A program made the position numbers and the translations under genes. Below, piece by piece: positions 48,312-57,258 of a stretch of DNA of 64,000 nucleotides. How positions within the stretch are numbered: position 1 is the first letter of the stretch; every line of letters starts with the position of its first letter. Under the pieces are notes generated by a model. The model did no database searches and was not told the origin of the DNA. It worked only from the letters and a program-made list of their open reading frames with translations. Location: NCBI GenBank assembly GCA_947629795.1, contig CANRFC010000006.1, forward strand, positions 36,286 through 100,285. The letters run 5' to 3'. Source of the DNA: an uncultured Oscillospiraceae bacterium. Its GTDB lineage: Bacteria > Bacillota > Clostridia > Oscillospirales > Oscillospiraceae.

Positions 48312-48707
48312 TTGACGCTTGCCATCATCGGCCATGTGTCCAGCAGCACCACGCTGAATATCTACGCCCACGTCACCGATGAGATGCGCCGGAGCGCGGC
48401 GGCGAAGATCGACCGGGGGATTGCCAAGGCGGAGGCGCAAGAAGCGGTGGGGGAGAAGGAGAAGCCTGAACCGCTGGAGTTTATCCCCTACAAGCCGCCC
48501 CGCCGCCGTCCGGGAACGGGCTGCGTCAGCCAGTTGGGCGACCATCTATGGGAGGGAAGATACTCCCCGGTCTGGCCCGACGGCAAAAAGCACGCCCGAA
48601 ACGTCTATGCCAAGACGGAAGCCGAGTGCGAGGAGAAATTGAAAGTGCTGATCCGGGAGATGAAAAAGGAGATCGCTCAAGTGAGGGAGAAAACAATGGC
48701 GCGCTGA
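48312..48707 (+). pseudogene. C-terminal remnant of a tyrosine integrase with an AP2-like tail
   Basis: IIGHVSSSTTLNIYAHV (box II His and catalytic Tyr); RRRPGTGCVSQ...WEGRY tail; the R-H-R part and N-terminus are absent. Confidence 0.8.
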
Positions 48708-48718
48708 TAAGTTGAAGA

Positions 48719-49288
48719 CTATTCAATTGGCGGCATAACCTTAAACACGGGGGTGTCTCGATACCGCTGGAATCCGTCTTTACTTTCCCAATTTTTCCAG
48801 TTTTCCTCTATCGATTGGAGATAGTACCATGTGCTGTCATCCCAATCCTCTAAGGATTCTTCCAGATCCATATGGGCTTCGCTCCACGCAAAGTATGCAT
48901 CCATAAGCGGCATAATATCTTCTTTTGCACCGTTGTCCCAATAAAACTTTGAAACGAAGACACAGCTTTCCTCCACCGCAAACCATTCCACTTCGTGGGA
49001 TAGCTCCAGCGCCTTCAGGATTGCTTGAATGGGATATTCCCACCGGGTACAAAATTTGACCTCATATCGCCCATCATCTCGTTTTGCCCAGGAGAAGTCA
49101 AAGCCGTAATAGATGTGTACACCAATCTTTTCCTGATATTCGCTTAAAGACCGAAGGCCAAACAACTTGTTGAATGAAATATATGGTTCGCTCATGGGGT
49201 TATCTGGCCCACAAGGAAAGAAATCGAAGAGGTATGTATCCAGGAAATCCTTGCTGCAAACCACTTTGTTTGAAACATAGTTCGCCAT
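48719..49288 (-). CDS. Hypothetical acidic, aromatic-rich protein
   Basis: ~190-aa AT-rich ORF just downstream of tRNA-Ala; no certain motif. Confidence 0.6.
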   Translation of the reverse strand: MANYVSNKVVCSKDFLDTYLFDFFPCGPDNPMSEPYISFNKLFGLRSLSEYQEKIGVHIYYGFDFSWAKRDDGRYEVKFCTRWEYPIQAILKALELSHEVEWFAVEESCVFVSKFYWDNGAKEDIMPLMDAYFAWSEAHMDLEESLEDWDDSTWYYLQSIEENWKNWESKDGFQRYRDTPVFKVMPPIE

Positions 49289-49393
49289 GTGTGATGTTTC
49301 AGCTCCTTCCATATAATCTTATCGGTTGGGTTAATTATACCACCGCCACCGGTTTTCCGAAACCCTGTCTGTGGTATATATGTGGTCAAACGA

Positions 49394-49425
49394 AAAACCA
49401 CCGCAGAATGATCTGCGGTGGTTTT
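49394..49425 (-). terminator. Terminator after tRNA-Ala
   Basis: AAAACCACCGCAG / CTGCGGTGGTTTT. Confidence 0.75.
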
Positions 49426-49430
49426 CATTT

Positions 49431-49506
49431 TGGTGGACCTGAAGGGACTTGAACCCTCGACCTCTCGGATGCGAACCGAACGCTCTCCCAACTGAGCTAC
49501 AGGCCC
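49431..49506 (-). tRNA. tRNA-Ala(CGC)
   Basis: GGGCCTGTAGCTCAGTTGGGAGAGCG...TTCGCAT...GGTTCAAGTCCC...CCACCA; G3:U70 pair; 76 nt. Confidence 0.97.
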
Positions 49507-49523
49507 TCATGGCTGACCACGAT

Positions 49524-49552
49524 ATTATAGCAATTTTCTTCGTCGGTGTAAA
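49524..49552 (-). promoter_or_regulatory. Sigma-A promoter of tRNA-Ala
   Basis: TTTACA-17-TATAAT on the minus strand. Confidence 0.75.
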
Positions 49553-49583
49553 GAGCTTTTTCAAAAAACTTTTCCGTTTCCCA

Positions 49584-49612
49584 TTGAACGAAGGGAAAAA
49601 GTATTGTATAAT
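49584..49612 (+). promoter_or_regulatory. Sigma-A promoter of ffs-dnaX
   Basis: TTGAAC-17-TATAAT with an extended TG. Confidence 0.75.
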
Positions 49613-49660
49613 AACAAGGTATCCGCCTGTCTCGGCCAAGGCTTGTCCCCGGCCTGAGGC

Positions 49661-49931
49661 AAGGCCGCGCTAATCGGGGAGATAGCGGTGCCCTGTACCC
49701 GCAATCCGCTATAGCGGGGATGAATCCCGGCCCCCGGAAGCGCGCTGTATCGTCTGACCCCGATAAGCAGTGATGATGGGTCGGTCCCACGCAACGTTCT
49801 CCCGTGAACCGTGTCAGGCGGGGAACCGAGCAGCACTAAGCGGGCTCGAGCGTGTGCCGTGGGGACGCCGTCCCTGAGCCGGCTGTCCGGGTAACGGGTA
49901 TAGCGTGTCTTTCAAAGGCCGGTGCGCGGTC
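49661..49931 (+). ncRNA. ffs: Large bacterial SRP RNA (scRNA)
   Basis: Alu-like GGTGCCCTGTACCCGCAATCCGCTATAGCGGG and S-domain GTGAACCGTGTCAGG-GGAA-AGCAGCAC; upstream of dnaX as in Bacillus subtilis. Ends approximate. Confidence 0.92.
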
Positions 49932-50004
49932 TTGCCACAGGCCGGAGCGGGGAAGAGGGGGTGAGCCCTTCTTCCCCCTTTCCTTCTTTTCGTGAGGTGA
50001 AACT

Positions 50005-51879
50005 ATGTATCAGGCTCTCTACCGCAAATGGCGGCCCCGCACCTTTGACGATGTGGTGGGCCAGAGCCATATCACCGAGACCCTCAAGCGCCAGGTGGCC
50101 GAGGGCCGGCTCTCCCACGCCTACCTCTTCACCGGCACCCGGGGCACCGGCAAGACCACCTGCGCCAAGATCCTGGCCAAGGCGGTGAACTGCGAGCACC
50201 CGGTGGACGGCAGCCCCTGCAATCAGTGTCCGGCCTGCCTGGGCATCGACAGCGGCGCCGTCATGGACGTGCTGGAGTTGGACGCCGCTTCCAACAACGG
50301 CGTGGACCAGGTCCGTGCCCTTCGGGACGAGGCGGTCTACACCCCGGCGGCGGTGAAAAAGCGGGTCTACATCGTGGACGAGGTCCATATGCTCTCCACC
50401 GCGGCCTTCAATGCCCTGCTGAAGATCCTGGAGGAGCCTCCCGAGCATCTTATGTTCATCCTGGCCACCACCGAGCTCCACAAGGTGCCGGCCACCATCA
50501 AATCCCGCTGCCAGCAGTTTGCCTTCAAGCGCATCTCCCCCCTGGACATCGCCCAGCGGTTGAAGTTCGTGGCGGGGGAGGAGAAGATCCCTCTCACCGA
50601 CCGGGGCGCCGCCCTCCTGGCCCGCCTGGCCGACGGCGGCCTGCGGGACGCCCTCTCTCTGCTGGACCAGTGCGCCTCGGGAGAGGGCTCCGGCGAGCTG
50701 GGGGAGGGGGAGATCCTGGACACCCTGGGTCTGGCGGGGAACGTGGAGACCGCCGCCCTCATGGGAGAGATCGCCCGGGGCGACGCCGGAGCCGCCCTGG
50801 AACGGCTGGACCGGCTCTACGCCGCCGGCAAGGACGTGGGGAGCCTGCTGGGCGAGTTCTCCGCCCTGGCCCGGGACCTGCTCATCCGCAAAACGGCCCC
50901 CAAGGGGGGCGCGGGGCTCCTCACCGGGGGCTATGACGAGACCACCCTCCGGGGGCTCTCCGAGCTCCTGGGAACGGCCCGGCTGGTCCAGCTCCTGGGC
51001 GGCCTCCAGCAGACCGCCTCGGGCCTGGACCGCAGCGCCAACCGCCGGGTGGACGCCGAACTGTGCCTTATCAAGCTGTGCGACGAGACCCTGGACGCCT
51101 CTCCGGCGGGGCTCAACGCCCGCCTGGCCCGGGTGGAGGAGATGGTCATCAGAGGTGCCCTGTCAGCCCCGCAAAGGGCTACCCCTTTACAGACCACGGG
51201 AAATGTGGCGGCCCCGGCCGCTCCCAAGGCAGAAAATGCCCCTTCAAGGGCTGCCCAGCCCGTGAAAACGCCCGCCCCGGTGGCGGACGACGAAGCGCCC
51301 CCCTGGGACATGGAGCCGCCCCCTCTGGGGGACGAGGACGCACCCCCTTGGGCGGACGAACCCTCCGAGCCCCCGGTCCGGCCGGCTCCCCAGCCCAGGC
51401 AGTCCGCCCCGGCGGCCCGGCCCGCAGCCCCCACTCCCACGGCGGCGCCTGGAGAGAGCGGCGGGGAGAAACCCCAGCCCGCGGCCCCGACAGCTTCCCA
51501 AGCCACGCCCCCGGGCAATTTCTGGCCCGGACTGGTGGCGGGGCTCAAGGGGAAGATCCCCATGGGGGAGTACAGCTTCCTGTCCAATCCCGAGGCCGTC
51601 CAGGGCACGGCGGAGGGCGGGGTGCTCACCCTCTGGGTCAAGGACGAATTTACCCGGAAAATGCTGAACAAGCCCGGCATCCTGGCCGCCATTCAGAAGG
51701 GGGCCAACCTGCTTCCCGGCGCCCCCTACCGGGCGGCGGTGACGGTGGGACAGGCCCCCAAGGCCCCGGCGGCGGGCGCCGCTCCGGCGGAGGATGCCCC
51801 GGCGGCAGACGGCCACGACAAGCTGGATGACCTGCGGGCCCTGGGCCGGCAGTTCGGCGACATATTCCATGAAAGCTGA
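50005..51879 (+). CDS. dnaX: DNA polymerase III subunit gamma/tau
   Basis: YQALYRKWRP, GTRGTGKTT, ELDAASNNGVD, DEVHML, SRC. Confidence 0.98.
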   Translation: MYQALYRKWRPRTFDDVVGQSHITETLKRQVAEGRLSHAYLFTGTRGTGKTTCAKILAKAVNCEHPVDGSPCNQCPACLGIDSGAVMDVLELDAASNNGVDQVRALRDEAVYTPAAVKKRVYIVDEVHMLSTAAFNALLKILEEPPEHLMFILATTELHKVPATIKSRCQQFAFKRISPLDIAQRLKFVAGEEKIPLTDRGAALLARLADGGLRDALSLLDQCASGEGSGELGEGEILDTLGLAGNVETAALMGEIARGDAGAALERLDRLYAAGKDVGSLLGEFSALARDLLIRKTAPKGGAGLLTGGYDETTLRGLSELLGTARLVQLLGGLQQTASGLDRSANRRVDAELCLIKLCDETLDASPAGLNARLARVEEMVIRGALSAPQRATPLQTTGNVAAPAAPKAENAPSRAAQPVKTPAPVADDEAPPWDMEPPPLGDEDAPPWADEPSEPPVRPAPQPRQSAPAARPAAPTPTAAPGESGGEKPQPAAPTASQATPPGNFWPGLVAGLKGKIPMGEYSFLSNPEAVQGTAEGGVLTLWVKDEFTRKMLNKPGILAAIQKGANLLPGAPYRAAVTVGQAPKAPAAGAAPAEDAPAADGHDKLDDLRALGRQFGDIFHES

Positions 51880-51891
51880 GGAGGAAGAAAA

Positions 51892-52242
51892 ATGGCGAAG
51901 GGATTCAACCGCGGCGGCTTCGGAATGGGCGGAGGCGGCGGCATGAACATGAACATGATCAAGCAGGCCCAGAAGATGCAGCAGGACATGATGAAGATGC
52001 AGGAGGAACTGGCCTCCAAGACCTACACCGCCGCCGCCGGCGGAGGCGTGGTCTCCGCCGAGGTCAACGGTCAGCATCAGCTCCTCAGCGTGACCATTGA
52101 CCCCGAGGCGGTGGACCCCGAGGACGTGGAGATGCTCCAGGATCTGGTGGTGGCCGCCGTCAACGAGGCCATGCGCCAGGCCGAGAGCGACGCCGCCAAC
52201 TCCATGAAGAGTCTCACCGGCGGCCTGAACCTGCCATTCTAA
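51892..52242 (+). CDS. ybaB: YbaB/EbfC nucleoid-associated protein
   Basis: KQAQKMQ...DPEDVEMLQDLVVAAVNEA; follows dnaX. Confidence 0.95.
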   Translation: MAKGFNRGGFGMGGGGGMNMNMIKQAQKMQQDMMKMQEELASKTYTAAAGGGVVSAEVNGQHQLLSVTIDPEAVDPEDVEMLQDLVVAAVNEAMRQAESDAANSMKSLTGGLNLPF

Positions 52243-52283
52243 CGGGGTGGCGAAGTCCAAAAGAGGGGAGTAGAAGACTGAAA

Positions 52284-53411
52284 ATGACGCCTTCAAAAGT
52301 GTATTTTACCGATTTTCGGGTGCCCATCGGCACCAGCCAGCTCACCAAGCTCCGCAGGCTCATGGAGCGGGCCGGGGCGGGGGAGATCGACTTCGAGGGC
52401 AAGCTGGTGTGCATCAAAATGCACTTCGGCGAGCCGGGCAACCTCACCTTCCTGCGGCCCAACTGGGCCAAGGTGGTGGCCGACTTCGTGAAGGACCACG
52501 GCGGGGTGCCCTTCCTGTCCGACTGCAACACCCTGTACGCAGGCCGGCGGAAGAACGCCCTGGAGCACCTGGACGCCGCCATGGAGAACGGCTTCTCGCC
52601 TCTGTCTACCGGGTGCCAGATCATCATCGGCGACGGGCTCAGGGGCACCGACGACATTGAGGTCCCCGTGATGGGGGGCGAGTACGTCAAGGCCGCCAAG
52701 ATCGGCCGGGCCATCATGGACGCCGACGTGTTCATCTCCCTGAGCCACTTCAAGGGCCATGAGCAGGCCGGTTTCGGCGGGGCCATCAAGAACATCGGCA
52801 TGGGCTGCGGCTCCCGGGCGGGGAAGATGGAGCAGCACAACTGCGGCAAGCCCGTGGTCCATCCCGAGAAGTGCCGCTCCTGCCACCGCTGCGCCCGGGA
52901 GTGCGGCCAGGACGCCATCTCTTACAGCCCCGCCGACGGCAAGGCCGTCATCGATCACGACAGGTGCGTGGGCTGCGGCCGCTGCATCGGCGCGTGCAAC
53001 TTCGACGCCATCGAGAATCCCTCCTGGGATACGGTGCAGATGCTCAACCGCAAGATGGCCGAGTACGCCAAGGCGGTGGTGGACGGCCGGCCCTGCTTCC
53101 ACATCAGCCTGGTGCGGGATATCTCTCCCAACTGCGACTGCCACGGGGAAAACGACATCCCCATCCTGCCCGACATCGGCATGTTCGCCTCCTTCGACCC
53201 GGTGGCCCTGGACCAGGCCTGCGCCGACGCCTGCATGGCTCAGGAGCCTTTGCCCGGCAGCCAGTTGGCCCGGCGGATGGCCTTGCCCGACTTCATCGAC
53301 CACGGCGACCACTTTGAAAACGCCACCGAGGGGTCCGAGTGGAAGTCCTGCCTGGAGCACGCCGAGAAGATCGGTCTGGGGACCCGGAGCTACGAATTGG
53401 TGAAATGTTGA
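52284..53411 (+). CDS. DUF362-family protein with a 2x[4Fe-4S] ferredoxin insert
   Basis: KMHFGEPGN, SHFKGH, GGAIKNIGMG, CxxCxxCxxxC twice, DPVALDQA. Confidence 0.85.
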   Translation: MTPSKVYFTDFRVPIGTSQLTKLRRLMERAGAGEIDFEGKLVCIKMHFGEPGNLTFLRPNWAKVVADFVKDHGGVPFLSDCNTLYAGRRKNALEHLDAAMENGFSPLSTGCQIIIGDGLRGTDDIEVPVMGGEYVKAAKIGRAIMDADVFISLSHFKGHEQAGFGGAIKNIGMGCGSRAGKMEQHNCGKPVVHPEKCRSCHRCARECGQDAISYSPADGKAVIDHDRCVGCGRCIGACNFDAIENPSWDTVQMLNRKMAEYAKAVVDGRPCFHISLVRDISPNCDCHGENDIPILPDIGMFASFDPVALDQACADACMAQEPLPGSQLARRMALPDFIDHGDHFENATEGSEWKSCLEHAEKIGLGTRSYELVKC

Positions 53412-53492
53412 AAAACATCTGGTAATTTCCCCCGGTCTGTGGTAGAATACACACTGTTCGGAAAATAACAAGAGAGAAAGGACGGCTCCGCT

Positions 53493-54158
53493 ATGGAAAT
53501 GCGCGAGATCCTGAGCCACTGTGACCACACCCTGCTCAAGCAGGAGAGCACCTGGGAGCAGATCAAGGAGATCTGTGACGACGGCGTGAAGTACGGCTGC
53601 GCCAGCGTGTGCATCCCCGCCTGCTATGTGAAGAGAGCTGACGAATATCTGGAGGGCAAGCTGAAGGTCTGCACCGTCATCGGCTTCCCCAACGGCTATT
53701 CCACCACCGCCGTCAAGGTATTTGAGACCGAGAACGCCATCCGCCACGGCGCCGACGAGATCGACATGGTCATCAACATCGGCTGGGTGAAGGACCAGCG
53801 CTGGGACCGGATCCTGGAGGAGATCAAGGCGGTGAAGCTGGCCTGCGGCGGCCATATCCTGAAGGTCATCGTGGAGACCTGCCTGCTCACCGAGGAAGAG
53901 AAGATCAAGATGTGCGAGATCGTCACCGAGTCGGGGGCCGACTATATCAAGACCTCCACCGGCTTCTCCACCGGAGGGGCCACCCGGGAGGACGTGAAGC
54001 TCTTTGCCGAGCACGTGGGCCCCGGGGTGAAGATCAAGGCCGCCGGCGGCATCGCCAGCTGGAAGGACGCCGAGGACTTCATCGCCCTGGGCGCCGACCG
54101 TCTGGGCACCTCCCGCCTGGTCAAGCTGGCCAAGGGCCAGCAGGGCACGGGGTATTGA
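53493..54158 (+). CDS. deoC: Deoxyribose-phosphate aldolase
   Basis: [40 protein letters not shown]. Confidence 0.97.
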   Translation: MEMREILSHCDHTLLKQESTWEQIKEICDDGVKYGCASVCIPACYVKRADEYLEGKLKVCTVIGFPNGYSTTAVKVFETENAIRHGADEIDMVINIGWVKDQRWDRILEEIKAVKLACGGHILKVIVETCLLTEEEKIKMCEIVTESGADYIKTSTGFSTGGATREDVKLFAEHVGPGVKIKAAGGIASWKDAEDFIALGADRLGTSRLVKLAKGQQGTGY

Positions 54159-54179
54159 GGAGCGGTTTCTATGTTTTCT

Positions 54180-54212
54180 ATGGAGGCGGGAGAAGACCCG
54201 CCTCCATTTTTT
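54180..54212 (+). terminator. Terminator after deoC
   Basis: ATGGAGGCGGG / CCCGCCTCCAT plus T-tract. Confidence 0.8.
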
Positions 54213-54236
54213 GTGTAACATTTTTGTAAAAATTTG

Positions 54237-54265
54237 TTGCGATTTGTAGCCATACAAGCTATAAT
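54237..54265 (+). promoter_or_regulatory. Sigma-A promoter of the BMP ABC operon
   Basis: TTGCGA-17-TATAAT. Confidence 0.7.
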
Positions 54266-54341
54266 GGACTTGCTTAGTTCGGTCGGCTCCGGCGCTCCGC
54301 CGGAGGGGCCGGGCAAAAATGAAAGGAAGGTATGATCAGGA

Positions 54342-55556
54342 ATGAACAAGACCAGTAAGCTCCTTGCACTGCTCCTGTCCGGCGCCATGATGCTGGGCCT
54401 CGCCTCTTGCGGCGGCGGCGCTGCCGAGAGCAAGGCTCCCGAGGAGAGCAAGGCCCCCGTGGAGAGCCAGGCTCCCGCTGAGAGCCAGGCCCCTGCCGAG
54501 AGCCAGGCTCCCGAGGAGACCCCCGCTCCCGCTGCCAAGTCCGCTGAGGACATCCCCGACAGCATGACCTCCGCCGACGGCAAGTATCAGGTGGCCTTCA
54601 TCACCGACGTGGGCCAGCTCAAGGACAAGTCCTTCAACCAGGGCACCTTCGACGGCGTGAAGCTCTTTGCTGACGCCAACGGCAAGTCCTACAAGTACTA
54701 TCAGCCCGCCAACGGCGACCAGGCCACTGACGACGACCGCTACGACGCCATGAAGGCCGCCGTGGACGGTGGCGCCGAGGTGGTGGTGTGCGCCGGCTTC
54801 ATGCAGGGCACCGCTCTGGAGAAGGCCGCCACGGAGTTCCCCGACACCAAGTTCATCTTCATTGATGGCTGGTCCCTGGGTCTGGACAACGAGGTGGGCG
54901 TCACCTTCAAGGAAGAGCAGTGCGGCTACATGGCCGGCTACGCCGTGGTCAAGGAAGGCTACACCAAGCTGGGCTTCTCCGGCGGCGGCGGTGGCGACAA
55001 CCCTGCCTGCTGCCGTTACGGCTATGGCTACGTCCAGGGCGCCAACGCGGCTGCTGCTGAGATGGGCGCGGATGTGGAGATCAACTACTCCTGGCAGTAC
55101 GGCGCCTCCTTCTCCGCTTCTCCCGAGCTGCAGACCATGATCTCCGGCTGGTACGCCAACGGCACTGAGGTGGTCTTCGCCGCCGGCGGCTCCATGTTCC
55201 AGTCCATCACCGCCGCTGCCGCCGCCAACGACGGCCTGGTGGTCGGCGTGGACGTGGACCAGTCCAGCCAGTCCGACACCGTCATCACCTCCGCTCTGAA
55301 GGGCCTGTCCGACGCCACTGTGTGGGCCTGCGGCAAGGCTTATGACGGCACTTGGGCCGAAATGGGCGGCGCTGCCGACCTGGGCGCTGACACCGGCGCC
55401 ACCGGCCTGCCTGTGGACACCTGGATGCTGGAGAACTACTCCGTGGAGGAGTACCAGGCTCAGCTGGCTGACATCGTCTCCGGCAAGCTGGTCATCGACA
55501 ATGACTACTCCAACCTGGAGCAGGATTGGTCCAACGTGAAGCTGAACATTATCTAA
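54342..55556 (+). CDS. BMP/PnrA-family ABC substrate-binding lipoprotein (nucleoside-type)
   Basis: Lipobox LASC; DKSFNQ, GVDVDQ, SALK motifs; APAESQ linker. Confidence 0.92.
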   Translation: MNKTSKLLALLLSGAMMLGLASCGGGAAESKAPEESKAPVESQAPAESQAPAESQAPEETPAPAAKSAEDIPDSMTSADGKYQVAFITDVGQLKDKSFNQGTFDGVKLFADANGKSYKYYQPANGDQATDDDRYDAMKAAVDGGAEVVVCAGFMQGTALEKAATEFPDTKFIFIDGWSLGLDNEVGVTFKEEQCGYMAGYAVVKEGYTKLGFSGGGGGDNPACCRYGYGYVQGANAAAAEMGADVEINYSWQYGASFSASPELQTMISGWYANGTEVVFAAGGSMFQSITAAAAANDGLVVGVDVDQSSQSDTVITSALKGLSDATVWACGKAYDGTWAEMGGAADLGADTGATGLPVDTWMLENYSVEEYQAQLADIVSGKLVIDNDYSNLEQDWSNVKLNII

Positions 55557-55716
55557 TTCCCTTTCCCTTTCAAAAAACGGGCGGAGCGCAGTGCGCTCCG
55601 CTCGTTTTTGTATATTTCATATCAAAATTTCTTGTCTTTTGTTGGTGGCTACGCTATAATAAGCTTAGCATGAACAGCCGCAGGCAGGCTTTCAAAATTC
55701 AATGGAAGGAAGCGGG

Positions 55717-57258
55717 ATGAGGACTATGGAAGCTGAGAACATCATCGAAATGCTCCACATCACCAAAGAGTTCCCGGGTATCATCGCCAACGATGATATC
55801 ACCCTGCAGCTCCGGCACGGGGAGATCCACGCCCTGCTGGGGGAGAACGGCGCGGGGAAGTCCACGCTGATGAGCGTGCTTTTCGGCCTCTATCAGCCGG
55901 AAAAGGGGGAGATCCGCAAAAACGGCCAGGTGGTCAAGATCAACAACCCCAACGACGCCACCGCCCTGGGCATCGGCATGGTCCACCAACACTTCAAGCT
56001 GGTGGATGTGTTCACCGTCCTGGACAACATCATTCTGGGGGCCGAGACCACCAAGATGGGCTTCCTCCAGAAGAAGGAGGCAAGGGCCAAGGTAGAGGCC
56101 CTGTCTGAGCGCTACGGCCTGAAGGTGGACCTGGACGCCAGGGTGGAGGACATCACCGTGGGCATGCAGCAGCGGGTGGAGATCCTGAAGATGCTCTACC
56201 GGGACAATGAGATCCTGATCTTTGACGAGCCCACCGCCGTGCTCACCCCCCAGGAGATCGAGGAGCTCATGGCCACCATGCGGGAGTTTGCCAAGGAGGG
56301 CAAGTCCATCCTCTTCATCTCCCACAAGCTCAACGAGATCATGGAGGTCTCCGACCGGGTGACGGTGCTGCGCAAGGGCAAGTACATCGGCACGGTGGAC
56401 ACCAAGGACACCGACAAGCAGTCCCTTTCCAACATGATGGTGGGCCGTCCGGTGCAGCTGGAGGTCCAGAAGGATCCCGCCAAGCCCGGCGAGGTGGTGC
56501 TGGACCTGAAGGACTTCAGCGTCAAGGGGCACCACAAGAAGGACGCCGTCCACAACGTGTCCCTCCAGGCCAGGGCCGGCGAGATCCTGTGCATCGCGGG
56601 CATCGACGGCAACGGCCAGACCGAGTTCATCCACGGCCTCACCGGCCTGGAAAAGTCCACCGGCACAGTGACGCTGTGCGGCAAGGACATCTCCCACGCC
56701 ACCATCAAGGGCAGGGGAGAGAACATGAGCCACATTCCCGAGGACCGGCACAAGCACGGCCTGGTCCTGGACTTCACCCTGGAGCAGAACATGGTGCTCC
56801 AGCGCTTCCAGGAGCCGGAGTTCCAGCATATGGGCTTTATCAAGCAGGGCGCGGTGCGGCAGTACGCCGAGAAGCTCATCGCCCAGTACGATGTGCGCTC
56901 GGGCCAGGGGCCCATCACTACCGCCCGGAGCATGTCGGGCGGCAACCAGCAGAAGGCCATCATCGCCCGGGAACTGGACCGGAACAAGGAACTGGTGGTG
57001 GCGGTGCAGCCCACCCGCGGCCTGGACGTGGGCGCCATCGAGTACATCCACGGCCAGTTGGTCAAGGAGCGGGACGAGGGCAAGGCCATCCTCCTGGTCT
57101 CCCTGGAGCTGGATGAGGTCATGAGCCTGTCCGACCGCATCCTGGTCATGTACGAGGGCGAGATCGTGGGCGAGCTGGACCCGAAGAAGACCACCGTGCA
57201 GGAGCTGGGCCTTTACATGGCTGGCGCCAAGCGGCAGAAGGAGGGTGAGGGAGCATGA
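55717..57258 (+). CDS. Nucleoside/sugar ABC transporter ATP-binding protein (tandem ABC)
   Basis: GENGAGKST, FDEPTAVLTPQE, MSGGNQQK, QPTRGLDVGA. Confidence 0.95.
   Translation: MRTMEAENIIEMLHITKEFPGIIANDDITLQLRHGEIHALLGENGAGKSTLMSVLFGLYQPEKGEIRKNGQVVKINNPNDATALGIGMVHQHFKLVDVFTVLDNIILGAETTKMGFLQKKEARAKVEALSERYGLKVDLDARVEDITVGMQQRVEILKMLYRDNEILIFDEPTAVLTPQEIEELMATMREFAKEGKSILFISHKLNEIMEVSDRVTVLRKGKYIGTVDTKDTDKQSLSNMMVGRPVQLEVQKDPAKPGEVVLDLKDFSVKGHHKKDAVHNVSLQARAGEILCIAGIDGNGQTEFIHGLTGLEKSTGTVTLCGKDISHATIKGRGENMSHIPEDRHKHGLVLDFTLEQNMVLQRFQEPEFQHMGFIKQGAVRQYAEKLIAQYDVRSGQGPITTARSMSGGNQQKAIIARELDRNKELVVAVQPTRGLDVGAIEYIHGQLVKERDEGKAILLVSLELDEVMSLSDRILVMYEGEIVGELDPKKTTVQELGLYMAGAKRQKEGEGA

Larger units (their letters stand above)
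38339..49476. mobile_element. AT-rich defence island integrated at tRNA-Ala(CGC), integrase truncated
   Basis: att duplication at both ends, sharp drop in GC, integrase C-terminal remnant, defence-type cargo. Confidence 0.8.

Noticed and set aside
38574-49312. Prophage interpretation of the tRNA-linked island
   Set aside because: No structural, packaging, lysis or replication genes.
50005-51879. Programmed frameshift producing a gamma subunit in dnaX
   Set aside because: No A AAA AAG-type slippery run seen in the gene.
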